Positions 11,076-14,007 of a stretch of 14,007 nucleotides of DNA are shown one piece after another (positions within the stretch are counted from its first letter, which is position 1; every line of letters begins with the position of its first letter). Where the stretch lies: the NCBI RefSeq assembly GCF_006345805.1, contig NW_021825981.1, positions 1-14,007 on the forward strand, written 5' to 3'. A program made the translations under genes and the position numbers. Below the pieces are notes generated by a model that was not told the DNA's origin, ran no database searches, and saw only the letters and a list, made by a program, of their open reading frames with translations. This stretch comes from Octopus sinensis (lineage: Eukaryota).

Positions 11076-11585
11076 ATATAAAGTTAGGGAGAATTTTTTT
11101 CTAAGTTCTTTTCTTTTCGTAATAAGCAACGAAATTTCAAGATCTGTCACGTTTTCCTTAAAGGTTTACGAAGAATAAAAGAAATTCCAGAAATCAAGAG
11201 AGGGGTTACACACAAACACCCCCACCCTTCAAGTGAATGACTGAGCGTGTGTAATGCATGGCTGTGCGCGTCACCATGTTTTTTTGTCTCTAACTGGGTA
11301 TCAGCTGGTGTCTGTTTCGTGTACTTATGCATATGCGCATGTGCGAAACATGGTTTCATATAATGTAGATGTGAATGTACTTGTGGGTGTGTGAATCTTA
11401 AATGATTTTCACCCTGTCTGTACGTGTACATGTGTAGGTGTATGTGTGCGTGTATGTGCACACGCGTTTGTGGTGTGTGTGTGTGTGTGGTGCGTGCGCG
11501 TTACAAAGTTGCATCATAGTGCGTGTTTTGCATGCTGTACGTTTCGACTGTTTCCGAATATCACTGGTTTCAGTTCCTAGGTGTG

Positions 11586-11853
11586 GAGGCACATGGCCTA
11601 GTGATTAGAGCATCGGACACGTGGTTGAAGGATCGCGGGTTCGAATCTCAGACCGGGCGATGTGTGTGTTTATGAGCGAAGCACCTAAGCTCCACGCGGC
11701 TCCAGCAGAAGGTAATGGCGAATTGTGCTTACTCTTTCACCACAACTTTCTCTCACTCTTTCCTCCTGCGATGGACCGGTGTCCCTTCCAGGTGGGGAAC
11801 CTATACGCCAAGGAAACCGGCCCTTATGAGCCAGGCGTGGCTCGAGAAGGACA
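11586..11853 (+). mobile_element. Full-length tRNA-derived SINE with a perfect 12-bp TSD; probable V-domain core
   Basis: A box TGGCCTAGTGA (11594-11604), B box GGTTCGAATC (11638-11647), and TTCCTAGGTGTG at 11574-11585 and 11854-11865. CCTGCGATGGACCGGTGTCCCTTCCAGG (from 11765) resembles the V-SINE core. Confidence 0.92.
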
Positions 11854-12045
11854 TTCCTAGGTGTGCATACAACACCAAAGTTATCAGGTTCTTTTTGCCG
11901 ATGCACTGATGACAGTATCTTGTAGCCATATCCTTTCTATGATGGTCTGACTACTGGAAACACCTTTTACCCGCAGAATACGTCAAATATATAACGTATA
12001 TATTTGAATACGTGGCTGAATTTCATTTTGAAGTACCACTTAGAT

Positions 12046-12144
12046 CACTGCTTCGCAACCGGTATGCCGCGGCACATTGGTATGCCACGAGACGATGCTA
12101 GGTGTGAGAGTCTGAATGCAAAGAATAGTAGCCGCAACAGTAGG

Positions 12145-12196
<52 letters not shown>

Positions 12197-12199
12197 GTA

Positions 12200-12235
<36 letters not shown>

Positions 12236-12936
12236 CAGCAGCAGCAGCAGCAGCTGTTGCGGTGGCGGAGGTGGTGGTGGTGTGGTAATTTCAAATTTTG
12301 GCACAGGGCTAGCAGTTTTTGAAAGGGTGTTGAAGCCGATTGCATCGACCCCAGTACTCTAACTGTTACGTATTCGGCGATCATTCGGTACTAGTAACAT
12401 AACTGTCACTTATAAACGCACATGGGTTTATTTACATTTCTGAAGAAAAGATACCCTACCCTTCCCCAACCCTAACACCACATATATAAAAGAAATAAAA
12501 ATTTTACGGAAAGTGACGATCTTCTTCTTCAAATGTAAACAAATACACGTGATGTAATGGGACTCATATCGAAAGAATGCCACTTATTCTATAGAATCCA
12601 AATCATGATAAGAGGAATAAATATTTCGCAAAATTAAAGAAATATTTTTGTCCGAAGCGATTAGCAGAGCGCTCAATAAAAATGGAAGAAAACAAAATCG
12701 TACTTTTTTTACATACAAATCTAAAACAAGCTGCGCTTCCTTTTTTCCCTTGCGGTACACGTCTCTCTTTGGCAAATTCGACGGCACACCTGAACTAAAA
12801 ATATAACTAAAACTAGAGAAAAATTATATTCAGGTTACATCGCGGCACACCTAGTTATATTTTTAGTTCAGGTGTGCCGTCGAATTTTGCAAAGAGAAGA
12901 CGTGTACCGCAAGTGAAAAAAGGTAGCGCAGCATTG
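12046..12936. mobile_element. hAT (Buster/Charlie-type) MITE, rearranged by an internal inverted duplication
   Basis: 15-bp TIRs CACTGCTTCGCAACC (12046-12060) and GGTAGCGCAGCATTG (12922-12936), 12/15 complementary. 8-bp flanks ACTTAGAT / TTTTAGAT (6/8, central TAGA as in Buster/Charlie targets). Repeated subterminal GGTRTGCCR motifs. Confidence 0.78.
12105..12809. repeat. Left arm of inverted duplication IR4
   Basis: Reverse complement of 12852-13605; the non-microsatellite part is about 96-97% identical by eye. The left arm lacks 19 bp present at about 13573-13591. Confidence 0.97.
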
Positions 12937-13465
12937 TTTTAGATTTGTATGTAAAAAAAGTACGATTTTTGTTTTCTTCCATTTTTATTGAGCGCTCTGC
13001 TAATCGCTTCGGACAAAAATATTTCTTTAATTTTGCGAAATATTTATTCCTCTTATCATGATTTGGATTCTATAGAATAAGTGGCATTCTTTCGATATGA
13101 GTCCCATTTACATCACGTGTATTTGTTTACATTTGAAGAAGAAGATCGTCACTTTCCGTAAAATTTTAATTTTTTTTTATATATGTGGTGTTAGGGTTAG
13201 GGGGAAGGGTATCTCTTTTCTTCAGAAATGTAAATAAACCCATGTGCGTTTATAAGTGACAGTTATGTTACTAGTACCGAATGATCGCCGAATACGTAAC
13301 AGTTAGAGTGCTGGGGTCGATGCAATCGGCTTCAACCCCCTTTCAAAAACTGCTGGCCCTGTGCCAAAATTTGAAATTACCACCACCACCACCACCTCCG
13401 CCACCGCAACAGCTGCTGCTGCTACTACTACTACTACTACTACTACTACAACTACTACTACTACA

Positions 13466-13529
<64 letters not shown>

Positions 13530-13605
13530 ATAATAATAATAATAATCCTACTGTTGCGGCTACTATTCTTTACATCCTCTTTCTCTTCATACATTCAGAC
13601 TCTCA
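12852..13605. repeat. Right arm of inverted duplication IR4
   Basis: See left arm; includes a (CCA)/(GCT)/(ACT)/(AAT) trinucleotide block at about 13380-13546. Confidence 0.97.
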
Positions 13606-13611
13606 ATCTCT

Positions 13612-13654
13612 TTCACACACACACACACACGCACACATTCAAATACACACAGAC

Positions 13655-13703
<49 letters not shown>

Positions 13704-13745
13704 ATATGTACATACATACACACACACGTATGTATATATATATAT
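13612..13745. repeat. (CA)/(TCTG)/(TC)/(TA) microsatellite
   Basis: Direct inspection. Confidence 0.93.
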
Positions 13746-14007
13746 TTGTTGTGCAAGATTTTTTATGTGAAGTCGTGTGTTGAAACAGATATTGTTATAT
13801 TTCGGAATGGTCATTTTGCCAGTTTAGCCAATATACATTTATATATATTCATATACATATACAAACATATATACACACATGCATGTATGTACTTGAATGC
13901 ATCCATGTATGTATGCTGGTGTGTGTGTGTGTGTGTGTATGTGTAGTGACTAAATGAATAGATACTTCGCAATGGTAGAGAGAATTACTCTATCATGCAA
14001 AAACAAT

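Noticed and set aside
13190-13210. TTAGGGTTAGGGGAAGGG, telomere-like or G4-like (mirror at ~12455-12478)
   Set aside because: Only two TTAGGG units and three G-tracts; insufficient for an interstitial telomere or canonical G-quadruplex.
13281-13946. 221-aa ORF with poly-P/poly-L and the overlapping 140-aa poly-T ORF (13361-13783)
   Set aside because: Translations of (CCA)/(ACT)/(AAT)/(CA)/(TC) microsatellites; no domain signal. The mirrored ORF 12004-12288 arises from the inverted duplication.

Overview
Eukaryotic, AT-rich, microsatellite-saturated non-coding DNA. It is most likely intronic or intergenic octopus (coleoid cephalopod) sequence, inferred from the repeat load and recognisable SINE families. 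No intact protein-coding gene, RNA gene or CRISPR array is supported, and the ORF track is almost entirely translated microsatellite. The window is a transposon graveyard: three tRNA-derived SINE copies, a non-autonomous Helitron, a TIR MITE, a hAT MITE, mariner transposase relics, a decayed L1/Tx1-like RT and a possible Penelope end. Its unusual property is four long inverted duplications (arms about 75, 155, 290 and 700-750 bp) plus an internally inverted mariner. The largest (12046-13605) can be reconstructed base by base as a four-point template-switch event inside a ~182-bp hAT MITE, with 2-3 nt junction microhomologies. All identities and counts are by-eye estimates.
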